Positions 29,010 through 35,971 of a stretch of DNA of 45,580 nucleotides are shown here, piece by piece. How positions within the stretch are numbered: position 1 is the first letter of the stretch; the number at the start of each line of letters is the position of its first letter. The stretch lies in assembly GCA_049967595.1 (NCBI GenBank), contig JBMFSK010000002.1, positions 1 through 45,580 on the forward strand, written 5' to 3'. The notes beneath the pieces were generated by a model. The model was not told the origin of the DNA and did no database searches. It saw only the letters and a program-made list of their open reading frames with translations. The position numbers were made by a program, and so were the translations under genes. The stretch is from Thermoplasmata archaeon. GTDB taxonomy: Archaea; Thermoplasmatota; Thermoplasmata; Thermoplasmatales; ARK-15.

Positions 29010-29654
29010 GGCCTCTTCAATTTGAAGAACTTCTACAGTAGTGCTAATGTCTCCAATATAGGCACCTTTTGAATTTGCAATCATAGATGCGCCTATGTAA
29101 AGAGAACCAAAGTTTGCAGTTACAACATAAACTGGAACCTTGAAAATTTCCTTTAGCTTTTCCATTTCATCTTCATTTACTTGCGGATTTACTAAAAGTA
29201 CTTTTTTTGTTAATAATGCAGAGGACCCCACTGTTGAAATACCTCCCAGTTCCATTTTTATTACCTCTATGTCAAGTACATCGCTTATTAATTTTATCGT
29301 TTCTTTGTCAAAACCTGGATGTACAATTGCGGCTTTTTCGCCAGCCAATATGTCATTTCCCACTGCATTAATTTTATCATTTACAAATAAAATGTTATAA
29401 CTATTCTTTAAAAAAGAAACATCATCAATATCAGCAAAGTCTGTGATTACAGCGCCATGAGAATTTATTACCATGAGGCTACCAATTAAAGGTGATCCGC
29501 CAAGCAAGGTTTTGTGTATTTCAACATTCATGCATTTTTTAATTGATTCTTCCTCTTCCTTTGCAATATCCATCGGAACAATTGCAATATCGTCGTTGGA
29601 TGCTGAAAATACTCCAATATATGGGCTATTATGTATCCTTCCCTTTAAAAGCAT
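28998..29654 (-). CDS. eif6: translation initiation factor 6 (aIF6)
   Basis: NSPYIGVF and repeated GS.L.G../N...A pentein repeats; 218 aa. Sits in the conserved S19e-L39e-L31e-aIF6 cluster. Confidence 0.9.
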   Translation of the reverse strand: MLLKGRIHNSPYIGVFSASNDDIAIVPMDIAKEEEESIKKCMNVEIHKTLLGGSPLIGSLMVINSHGAVITDFADIDDVSFLKNSYNILFVNDKINAVGNDILAGEKAAIVHPGFDKETIKLISDVLDIEVIKMELGGISTVGSSALLTKKVLLVNPQVNEDEMEKLKEIFKVPVYVVTANFGSLYIGASMIANSKGAYIGDISTTVEVLQIEEALGI

Positions 29655-29664
29655 TTTTCATTAC

Positions 29665-29925
29665 CTATGGATTATAAACTTCCACAGAATTCTCCTCAGC
29701 AAATTTTACTACTTTTACTGAAACATTTGATGGTGGCTTCTCTATACCCCTTTTCCATATGCTTTCATTCAGCTTTGGATCTATCCATACATTTTCAACT
29801 GGAACTTTAAATTTCCTTGATACATGAATTTCAATAAATTTTATTGCTGCATCAGCCCTTCTTCTTCTTGATATCAATTTTAACCTTCTAAGTGGTATAT
29901 TTACTATCTGTTCATTATCAGCCAT
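29665..29925 (-). CDS. rpl31e: 50S ribosomal protein L31e
   Basis: IPLRRL..RRRRADAAIKFI..VWIDPKLNESIWKRG pattern. Confidence 0.9.
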   Translation of the reverse strand: MADNEQIVNIPLRRLKLISRRRRADAAIKFIEIHVSRKFKVPVENVWIDPKLNESIWKRGIEKPPSNVSVKVVKFAEENSVEVYNP

Positions 29926-29935
29926 AAAGAATCAC

Positions 29936-30091
29936 CTACACCTTCAAATGTGATCTTCTCCAATTTCTTCTATGAGGATGATTTGTAAATTTCCTAGATG
30001 TCCTCATCATCACCCAAGCCGGAACTCTTCTGTTAGATTTTACTTTTTTTAGTAATCTTATTTTTCTAGAGACATGCTTATTTCTTGCCAT
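29936..30091 (-). CDS. rpl39e: 50S ribosomal protein L39e (51 aa, absent from the ORF track)
   Basis: Hand translation of the minus strand gives [51 protein letters not shown]. This is classic L39e, between the PDCD5-like and L31e genes. Confidence 0.85.
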   Translation of the reverse strand: MARNKHVSRKIRLLKKVKSNRRVPAWVMMRTSRKFTNHPHRRNWRRSHLKV

Positions 30092-30093
30092 TT

Positions 30094-30429
30094 TTATCTC
30101 CTCTCTATCTTAATTTCATGCCTGTCTTGATTTAATCTAGCAAGCAATGACTTTAACTCTTCATCTGAGATAATCCTATTTAGCCTTCCTGTTTGCGCAA
30201 GGTAAATAATCTGATTTTCAACAGCTTCAGCCAGATCTGGTTTTACCAGCTTAACATTGGTTAACCTTACCCTTGCCTCAGATGAAAGATATTTTCTTAA
30301 TATTTTAGCTCTCTCTTCCTGATATTCTTTTTCTTTTTCCTCTTCCTGTTCTCCTGCGGACTGCTGAGCTAGGAGTTGAGCCATCTTCCTTTTTCGAATT
30401 TCCTCCAGCTCCTTATCCTCCTCAGCCAT
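30094..30429 (-). CDS. PDCD5/TFAR19-like DNA-binding protein
   Basis: Acidic N-terminus, then [41 protein letters not shown], typical of the archaeal PDCD5 family (MTH1615-like). Confidence 0.85.
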   Translation of the reverse strand: MAEEDKELEEIRKRKMAQLLAQQSAGEQEEEKEKEYQEERAKILRKYLSSEARVRLTNVKLVKPDLAEAVENQIIYLAQTGRLNRIISDEELKSLLARLNQDRHEIKIERR

Positions 30430-30440
30430 ATTAATTCACC

Positions 30441-30866
30441 TCATTTCTTATTCAATAATTCATCTGATAGTTTATCAAGATAAGATCTTCCTTTTGGTGT
30501 TATTACTCTACCTTTTTTTCCATGCTCTACATATCCTAAATGCTCCAATTGTTGTAAGCATTTTCTTACTATTGATCTGCTACCTTTTCTTGCATGGTAT
30601 GGTTTTGTTCCCATATCTGCTTTTCCACTGTATTCATCTGAAAGCCTTGATGTACCTATTGGGCCCTTAATATATATCTTTCTGAAAACACTTGCCAATC
30701 TTAGATACCACCATTCTTCCTGAGATGGAGCTTTTTCTCTATGAACTCCGGTTTTTACCCATTTTGCCCATTCTGGAACAGTTACATCTTCATTTTTCAG
30801 TCTCTCAGCTAATTCATGTAAAAGCACGTCCGGGTCAACATCATAAACGGTAGCCATATTAATCAA
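30441..30866 (-). CDS. rps19e: 30S ribosomal protein S19e
   Basis: VYDV..PEWAKWVKTGVHREKAP..WWYLRLASVFRKIY..GPIG pattern. Confidence 0.9.
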   Translation of the reverse strand: MINMATVYDVDPDVLLHELAERLKNEDVTVPEWAKWVKTGVHREKAPSQEEWWYLRLASVFRKIYIKGPIGTSRLSDEYSGKADMGTKPYHARKGSRSIVRKCLQQLEHLGYVEHGKKGRVITPKGRSYLDKLSDELLNKK

Positions 30867-30966
30867 CCTAATCGATTCTATTTTACTTGAAACTCAATAC
30901 ACATCTTATATATGATTGTTTCGGAAAATTTTTTTAAAATTTATAAATTTTACTTAAAATCATCAG

Positions 30967-31052
30967 CGCCGGGGGGGAGATTTGAACTCCCGCTCCCCTT
31001 TCGGAGAACAGGCTCTCCAGGCCTGCGCCTTGGCCAGCTCGGCTACCCCGGC
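30967..31052 (-). tRNA. tRNA-Ser(GGA)
   Basis: The reverse complement folds as acceptor GCCGGGG/CCCCGGC, anticodon stem CAGGC/GCCTG with loop CTGGAGA, a long variable arm (TTCTCCGAAAGGGGAGC) and T-arm GGGAG-TTCAAAT-CTCCC. Confidence 0.9.
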
Positions 31053-31077
31053 TTTATACCTTTAAGGTAAAAGGCAC

Positions 31078-31083
31078 ATATAA
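31078..31083 (-). promoter_or_regulatory. putative TATA box for tRNA-Ser(GGA)
   Basis: TTATAT on the minus strand, centred about 28 nt upstream of tRNA position 1 (31052), which is the expected archaeal spacing. Confidence 0.45.
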
Positions 31084-31107
31084 TCTTTCCTTTTGACCCT
31101 TTTTTGC

Positions 31108-31178
31108 ATACAAAATATTACAAATTTTCCATTAAGTATTACAATATTCTTTTGAATAGAATACAACATGTATTACAA
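31108..31178 (+). repeat. five phased ATTACAA/ATACAA direct repeats (candidate operator or centromere-like iterons)
   Basis: ATACAA at 31108 and 31161; ATTACAA at 31117, 31138 and 31172. The ACAA cores are spaced 10, 21, 22 and 12 bp apart, roughly integral helical turns. Confidence 0.4.
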
Positions 31179-31277
31179 AGTATGGCAATAAATTTTAAAA
31201 ATTTTTTATCAAAATATTTAAAATAAACATATTAAAGAATAATTTTATAATAAAATAAAGAAGTAATAATAATTAAT

Positions 31278-31293
31278 TTTTGGTATTTTGGTA
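31278..31293 (+). repeat. tandem TTTTGGTA x2 abutting the putative promoter
   Basis: A perfect 8-nt tandem duplication (31278-31285, 31286-31293), 4 nt upstream of the TATA-like element. Confidence 0.35.
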
Positions 31294-31297
31294 GAAA

Positions 31298-31310
31298 TTT
31301 TTATATATTA
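31298..31310 (+). promoter_or_regulatory. putative TATA box of the RHH/FtsZ-like operon
   Basis: TTTTTATATATTA lies about 60 nt upstream of the ATG at 31366. A strong Shine-Dalgarno AGGAGG sits at 31351-31356, 9 nt before the start. Confidence 0.4.
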
Positions 31311-31365
31311 AAAAAAGCATAACTTCTGTTAGAGCCACTGGTCCTATCCCAGGAGGATATATAAA

Positions 31366-31797
31366 ATGAAAACAGACACAAAGATATCTTTAAGAATCAG
31401 TCAAGTAGAATTGGATAACATAGATGATTTCCTAGTAAGACATCAGGAATTCAAAACAAGATCAGATTTTATCAGATATGCAACAATGAAACAACTTGAA
31501 TTAATGGAAAAGGGTCAACAGTTAGATGAAGAGATTGTTCCAATAAAAATAAATAAAAAGTTTAAGTTAATATTTAGTGATCTTGTAGATATTAATCTAT
31601 TCTCAAGCATTGATGAAGCAGTTAACTTTTTCCTTGAAAGATCAGTTCAGACAAACAAGATGAATGAGGAATTATCAACTTTGATGCAAGGATTTGTATC
31701 ATTGGATAAACTGGTAGATAACTACAAAATTTACCAAGAGGATAGGGCAACCAGCCGGATAAAAAAGGAAAAAGGTGATTTTCGTGATAGAAAATGA
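31366..31797 (+). CDS. ribbon-helix-helix (CopG/CdrS-like) DNA-binding protein with a probable second RHH repeat and a charged tail
   Basis: Residues 5-48 (KISLRISQVELDNIDDFLVRHQEFKTRSDFIRYATMKQLE) fit the strand-helix-(T/S)RS-helix RHH pattern. Residues 57-95 (VPIKINKKFKLIFSDLVDINLFSSIDEAVNFFLERSV) repeat the pattern. The C-terminus is Lys/Asp/Arg-rich. Confidence 0.7.
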   Translation: MKTDTKISLRISQVELDNIDDFLVRHQEFKTRSDFIRYATMKQLELMEKGQQLDEEIVPIKINKKFKLIFSDLVDINLFSSIDEAVNFFLERSVQTNKMNEELSTLMQGFVSLDKLVDNYKIYQEDRATSRIKKEKGDFRDRK

Positions 31798-32587
31798 TAA
31801 AGAAACAATTTTCAAAGGAATGATGAAAGAATGGCTAGATCCGCCTTACATACCAGTGATTGCATTTGGAGGTGCTGGAGCCCATTTCCTGAAATCTTTC
31901 GAAAGATTACTTTCAATATACAAAAATGAAAATGATCCCGAAGATTTCTCAAATATATTTACTATGTATGTCAATACCAAGCAAGAAACATCGATGGATA
32001 CATTTCCATTTTCAAAGACCGTATTGATTACAAATTCTGTTTTAGGTTTACACAGTGATACTAATGGATATGTAGAAGTTGGAGAAAAGATAGTTGAGGA
32101 TAACTTTGATGATATATTCAACACTTATTCTGGAAAAATATCTATTAACCTGAGAAAGGCAGATGCAGTAGTATTAGTGGCAGCTTTTGGTGGTGGAATG
32201 GGAACAGGTGGTATTAAAGAGGCTATAAAATTGATAAGTTTAGATTTCCCATCTTTGCCAATATTTCCCGTGATTGTAATGCCTTTTTCATTCGAAAACA
32301 GAGGTATAAATTTAAAGGATGAAATTGAAGAAGTGTTGAAAGTAGATAAAAAACCAACAGTTATTAAAAATTCAGAATTTTTACATCTTGAAGAAAACAA
32401 AAAAATGAAATTTTCTGATTTACTGGAGGAAATAAATTACAATGTTGCTAAAAAGATTATAGACATAATACTCCATGTAAAAAATGAGAAAGAGAATGTT
32501 TTTAAAGAATTGTATGGAAAAATATTCGAAGAAGAATTCCAAGAGGCGGTATCAAGCCAGTACATAAAAGAAATAAAAACATTTTAA
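31775..32587 (+). CDS. FtsZ/tubulin-superfamily GTPase-domain-only protein (no T7 loop or C-terminal domain)
   Basis: IPVIAFGGAGAHF (G-box 1; compare FtsZ VGxGGxGxN) and VLVAAFGGGMGTGGIKEA (tubulin signature GGGTGTG, nt 32189-32212). Also VIVMPFSFENRG (FtsZ T5 PFxFEG) and a helix H7-like FSDLLEEINYNVAKKIIDIILHV. The protein ends about 35 aa later. The start is ambiguous: GTG 31775 or 31784, ATG 31820 or 31823. Confidence 0.75.
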   Translation: MIFVIENDKETIFKGMMKEWLDPPYIPVIAFGGAGAHFLKSFERLLSIYKNENDPEDFSNIFTMYVNTKQETSMDTFPFSKTVLITNSVLGLHSDTNGYVEVGEKIVEDNFDDIFNTYSGKISINLRKADAVVLVAAFGGGMGTGGIKEAIKLISLDFPSLPIFPVIVMPFSFENRGINLKDEIEEVLKVDKKPTVIKNSEFLHLEENKKMKFSDLLEEINYNVAKKIIDIILHVKNEKENVFKELYGKIFEEEFQEAVSSQYIKEIKTF

Positions 32588-32613
32588 ATTTTATTTTCTT
32601 TTTTGAACCTATT

Positions 32614-33378
32614 ATGAAAATAAATGATCTTGATTTAAACAACTGGAAATCATATGATGATATTTTAACTGATTCTCTATGGATATTTCCAAACAGAGAA
32701 AAGGGGTATACAAGAAATGGTGAATACCACGGAAATTTCATACCACAAATACCAAAACAGGCAATCTTAAGATTCACTAAAAAGGGTGAATGTGTTCTTG
32801 ATACTTTTGCCGGTCTAGGTACATCATTAATTGAGGCAAAGCTGTTATTCCGAGATTCAATAGGTATTGAAATTTCAAAAGAAAATATATTAAAAATTGA
32901 AGAGGTTATTAAAAATACACCAGGGGGAGGTAACCATAGAGTTATCCTTGGAAATGCAATGGATCGTGCTTTATACGGAGGGATGCAAAAAATACAGCTA
33001 GCAATTTTACATCCCCCATATTGGAATGCAATAAAATTCACCGACGATGAAAATGATCTATCAAATGCTAAAGATATAAATGATTTCTTAAATATGTTCT
33101 CTAAAATAGTAGAAAATGTATCATTAGTACTTGAATCGAAAAGATATTTAGTTCTTGTAATAGGGGACATATTCAGAAAAGGAAACATCGTACCTTTAGG
33201 ATTTCTAACAATGAATGAGGTTTTGAAAAAAAATTATACTTTGAAAGGAATTGTTGTAAAAAATATTGAGGAAAACAGAGGAAAAAGAGGAAAATATTCA
33301 TTGTGGCGTTATAGAGCTCTACTTAATGGTTTTTATATATTCAAACATGAATACGTATTCTTTTTCAGAAAAAAATAA
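32614..33378 (+). CDS. SAM-dependent N6-adenine/N4-cytosine-type methyltransferase, motif order I then IV, no adjacent restriction gene
   Basis: HGNFIPQIPKQAILRFTKKGECVLDTFAGLGTSLIEA matches the AdoMet-binding half of the beta-class N4/N6 methylases (H.A.FP..L....I....GD.VLDPF.GSGTT). The catalytic motif LAILHPPYW (nt 33010-33021) follows rather than precedes it. Confidence 0.7.
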   Translation: MKINDLDLNNWKSYDDILTDSLWIFPNREKGYTRNGEYHGNFIPQIPKQAILRFTKKGECVLDTFAGLGTSLIEAKLLFRDSIGIEISKENILKIEEVIKNTPGGGNHRVILGNAMDRALYGGMQKIQLAILHPPYWNAIKFTDDENDLSNAKDINDFLNMFSKIVENVSLVLESKRYLVLVIGDIFRKGNIVPLGFLTMNEVLKKNYTLKGIVVKNIEENRGKRGKYSLWRYRALLNGFYIFKHEYVFFFRKK

Positions 33379-33404
33379 TATGAAAAACAGCATATATCAA
33401 ATTA

Positions 33405-34409
33405 ATGATGGAAGATTATTTTGAAATAGATTGGAAAAAAATAAAAGATGAATTGAAAAGCAAAAACATCAATACACTTTTTATTGAATTACCCGAAGGT
33501 TTGAAACAATTTATTCCAGAAATAGACGAAAAATTGAAGAATTTTTGTTTAATCTATTCGGGGGAAAATGTTTATGGATCCTGTGATACAGATATTTTCA
33601 TAAAGACAAATGGGATTTTACATTTCGGCCATGCGCCAATACCAAATCTGAAATACAGGGAAAATACTTTTTTCGCTGAATTAAAAAGAAAAATTGAGAT
33701 AAATGAAAATTTATTGAAAAGCATTCTAGATTTAAAGTGCAAAAACATAGGACTACTTGCTACTGTTCAGTATATTTCTTTGTTAGACAGTCTATCAGAT
33801 CTATTAAGGCACTACGATATTAAAGTATACATATCCAAAGGTGATGATCGTCTTTTTTATCCTGGTCAAGTATTGGGCTGTGATTTTAGTTCAGCTGAAA
33901 AAATAAAGGATCTTGTTGATTGTTTTTTGGTACTTGCCGATGGAACTTTTCATGCGAATGGAATTTTTATGTCTACTAACAAGAACACATATGCTGCTGA
34001 ACCTATCACAGGCAAAATCTCTAAAATAGAGAATGATAGATTTTTGAGGGAAAGATATCTCCAGATGGAAAGAGCTAGATCGGCAATGAAAATAGGAATT
34101 CTTGTATCCACAAAAATAGGTCAGTACAGAATAAACATTGCCAAAAAAATTAAAGATGAAATAATAAAAAATGGTAAAAAAGGATATATTGTTGTGTTGA
34201 ACGAAATAACATCAAATAAGTTACAAAACTTAAATTTTGATGCTTTCGTAAATACAGCATGCCCGAGAATAACATTGGATGATGTATCCCTGTATGATAA
34301 ACCAATTTTAACACCTATGGAGATGGAAATGGCCTTGGGAATAATTCCGAATAATAATTACATCATAGACAGGATCAATTATGTGGATAATATTGGAAAA
34401 ATTTTATAG
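33405..34409 (+). CDS. dph2: diphthamide biosynthesis enzyme Dph2
   Basis: Collinear with archaeal Dph2 as remembered for Pyrococcus: ELPEGLK, YGSCD, FGH, PGQVLGCDFS, ACPRITLDD, KPILTPMEMEMALG. Confidence 0.85.
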   Translation: MMEDYFEIDWKKIKDELKSKNINTLFIELPEGLKQFIPEIDEKLKNFCLIYSGENVYGSCDTDIFIKTNGILHFGHAPIPNLKYRENTFFAELKRKIEINENLLKSILDLKCKNIGLLATVQYISLLDSLSDLLRHYDIKVYISKGDDRLFYPGQVLGCDFSSAEKIKDLVDCFLVLADGTFHANGIFMSTNKNTYAAEPITGKISKIENDRFLRERYLQMERARSAMKIGILVSTKIGQYRINIAKKIKDEIIKNGKKGYIVVLNEITSNKLQNLNFDAFVNTACPRITLDDVSLYDKPILTPMEMEMALGIIPNNNYIIDRINYVDNIGKIL

Positions 34410-34429
34410 GCATAATTATTTCCTTAATT

Positions 34430-35053
34430 ATGAATATTGGAGTTCTTGTATCTGGAAGGGGAACAAATTTGCAATCCATTATAGATGCCAGCAAAAATGG
34501 AGATATTAGATCAAAGGTTGTGGTTGTAATTTCTAACAAAAAAGATGCTTATGCTATAGAAAGGGCAAAAATCAACAATATACCTGGAATTTTTATATCC
34601 TCAAAGAACAAAGAACCAGAATCTTACGATGCCGAAGTATTAAAGATTTTAAAAGTATATCATGTTGATCTTGTTGTTCTAGCTGGATATTTGAAGATAC
34701 TAACTAAAAAATTCATAGAAAGTTTTCCTGACAGAATAATAAACATACATCCTGCTCTATTGCCATGTTTTGGTGGAAAAGGCTTTTATGGTGAGCACGT
34801 TCATAAAGCTGCAATAGATGCTGGCTGTAAAATTTCTGGATGCACAGTTCATTTTGTTAGACCAGAGGTTGATCATGGTCCCATTATTGTACAGAAGTGT
34901 GTTCAAATACTAGACGAAGATACCCCAGAAACGCTTGCAGAAAGGATACTTCCATACGAGCATCAGTCACTTGTAGAAGCCATAAAAATAATAGAAAATG
35001 GTAGTTATAAAATAGAAGGAATGAGAGTGATAATTTCAAGGGGGTACAACTAA
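34430..35053 (+). CDS. purN: phosphoribosylglycinamide formyltransferase
   Basis: IGVLVSGRGTNLQSIID, NIHPALLP and a catalytic HxV..E.D.GPII pattern. Confidence 0.9.
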   Translation: MNIGVLVSGRGTNLQSIIDASKNGDIRSKVVVVISNKKDAYAIERAKINNIPGIFISSKNKEPESYDAEVLKILKVYHVDLVVLAGYLKILTKKFIESFPDRIINIHPALLPCFGGKGFYGEHVHKAAIDAGCKISGCTVHFVRPEVDHGPIIVQKCVQILDEDTPETLAERILPYEHQSLVEAIKIIENGSYKIEGMRVIISRGYN

Positions 35054-35458
35054 AACAGGAATATTACTCTCTACAATTAAGGCCTGACTGACGCTGCCTA
35101 GAATGAGCTTTTCAAAGCCTTTTAATTTCCTTGTTCCTGTTACAATCATTTCAAAACCGTTCTCCTTTACAAAATTTAACACTACCCTGGGAATATTGTT
35201 CTTATCATCAAATTTGTAAGCAAATTTAAAATTTTTATTCTCAAAAATGGCCTTAAAAAGGTCTCTTAAATAAAAAATAAAATTTTCAACGTTATCGAAT
35301 GTCCTTGTACCTTCAAATAGATCCACCTTAATAGGTTCATCTGCATTTGTCAAAACAAAAAGCCCAGTTACCTCATCCCCTTCTTTAATAATTTTTTTAA
35401 CAAATTCGGCAGCAGCTACTGCTCCTGAAGACCCATCAAATGCAAGTAAAATTTTCAT
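35036..35458 (-). CDS. universal stress protein (UspA family)
   Basis: MKILLAFDGS N-terminus and C-terminal VTGTRKLKGFEKLILGSVSQALIVESNIPVLVV. Confidence 0.85.
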   Translation of the reverse strand: MKILLAFDGSSGAVAAAEFVKKIIKEGDEVTGLFVLTNADEPIKVDLFEGTRTFDNVENFIFYLRDLFKAIFENKNFKFAYKFDDKNNIPRVVLNFVKENGFEMIVTGTRKLKGFEKLILGSVSQALIVESNIPVLVVPP

Positions 35459-35685
35459 AGTTCAATAAATTAAATCCTGTTTTATTAAATTTTCTGATAT
35501 TAATGTTTGAAGAACAGGTCCAGATTCTTTGACTTTTCACTTCTTTAGAAATGCTCATATTGAAATGGGCTTTCTCCCATTTAAGAAAAAGCATTTTAAA
35601 CCATACAACAGAGCAATAATTTCACAAAAGTTAAATAATAAAAATATATGAGGTTAAAGGTAATAAAAATTAAAGGTGAAATAAA

Positions 35686-35970
35686 ATGAAAATGCCTAAC
35701 AAAGTAAAAAGGTATTGCCCTTACTGTAAAAGGCATACTATTCATGAAGTAGAAAGGGTCAAGAAAAGGAAAGCAAGCGAATTAAAATGGGGTCAGAGAA
35801 GGTTCAGAAGAGTTACTTCTGGTTATGGTGGCTTTCCAAGACCAAAATTTGAGGGAAGAGAAAAACCAACAAAGAGAATAAATATAAGATATAGATGCAC
35901 TGTTTGTCATAAGGCTCATACTGTACCAACTTGGAGAGCTAAAAAATTTGAGCTTATAGAGGTCGAATAA
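35686..35970 (+). CDS. rpl44e: 50S ribosomal protein L44e
   Basis: [14 protein letters not shown]...GYGG...[11 protein letters not shown] zinc-ribbon pattern. Confidence 0.9.
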   Translation: MKMPNKVKRYCPYCKRHTIHEVERVKKRKASELKWGQRRFRRVTSGYGGFPRPKFEGREKPTKRINIRYRCTVCHKAHTVPTWRAKKFELIEVE

Positions 35971-35971
35971 A

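Noticed and set aside
32502-33188. A 228-aa ORF on the minus strand, antisense to the methyltransferase and to the end of the FtsZ-like gene.
   Set aside because: It is a shadow ORF. Its composition is low-complexity (Phe/Ser/Ile-rich) with no motifs, and it lies wholly inside sense-strand genes that carry clear family signatures.
35500-35660. Small ORFs in the usp/rpl44e spacer: 22 aa (MLILKWAFSHLRKSILNHTTEQ) and 28 aa (MGFLPFKKKHFKPYNRAIISQKLNNKNI).
   Set aside because: They have no ribosome-binding sites and no resemblance to known small ribosomal proteins (L40e, L41e, S30e). They are indistinguishable from chance ORFs.
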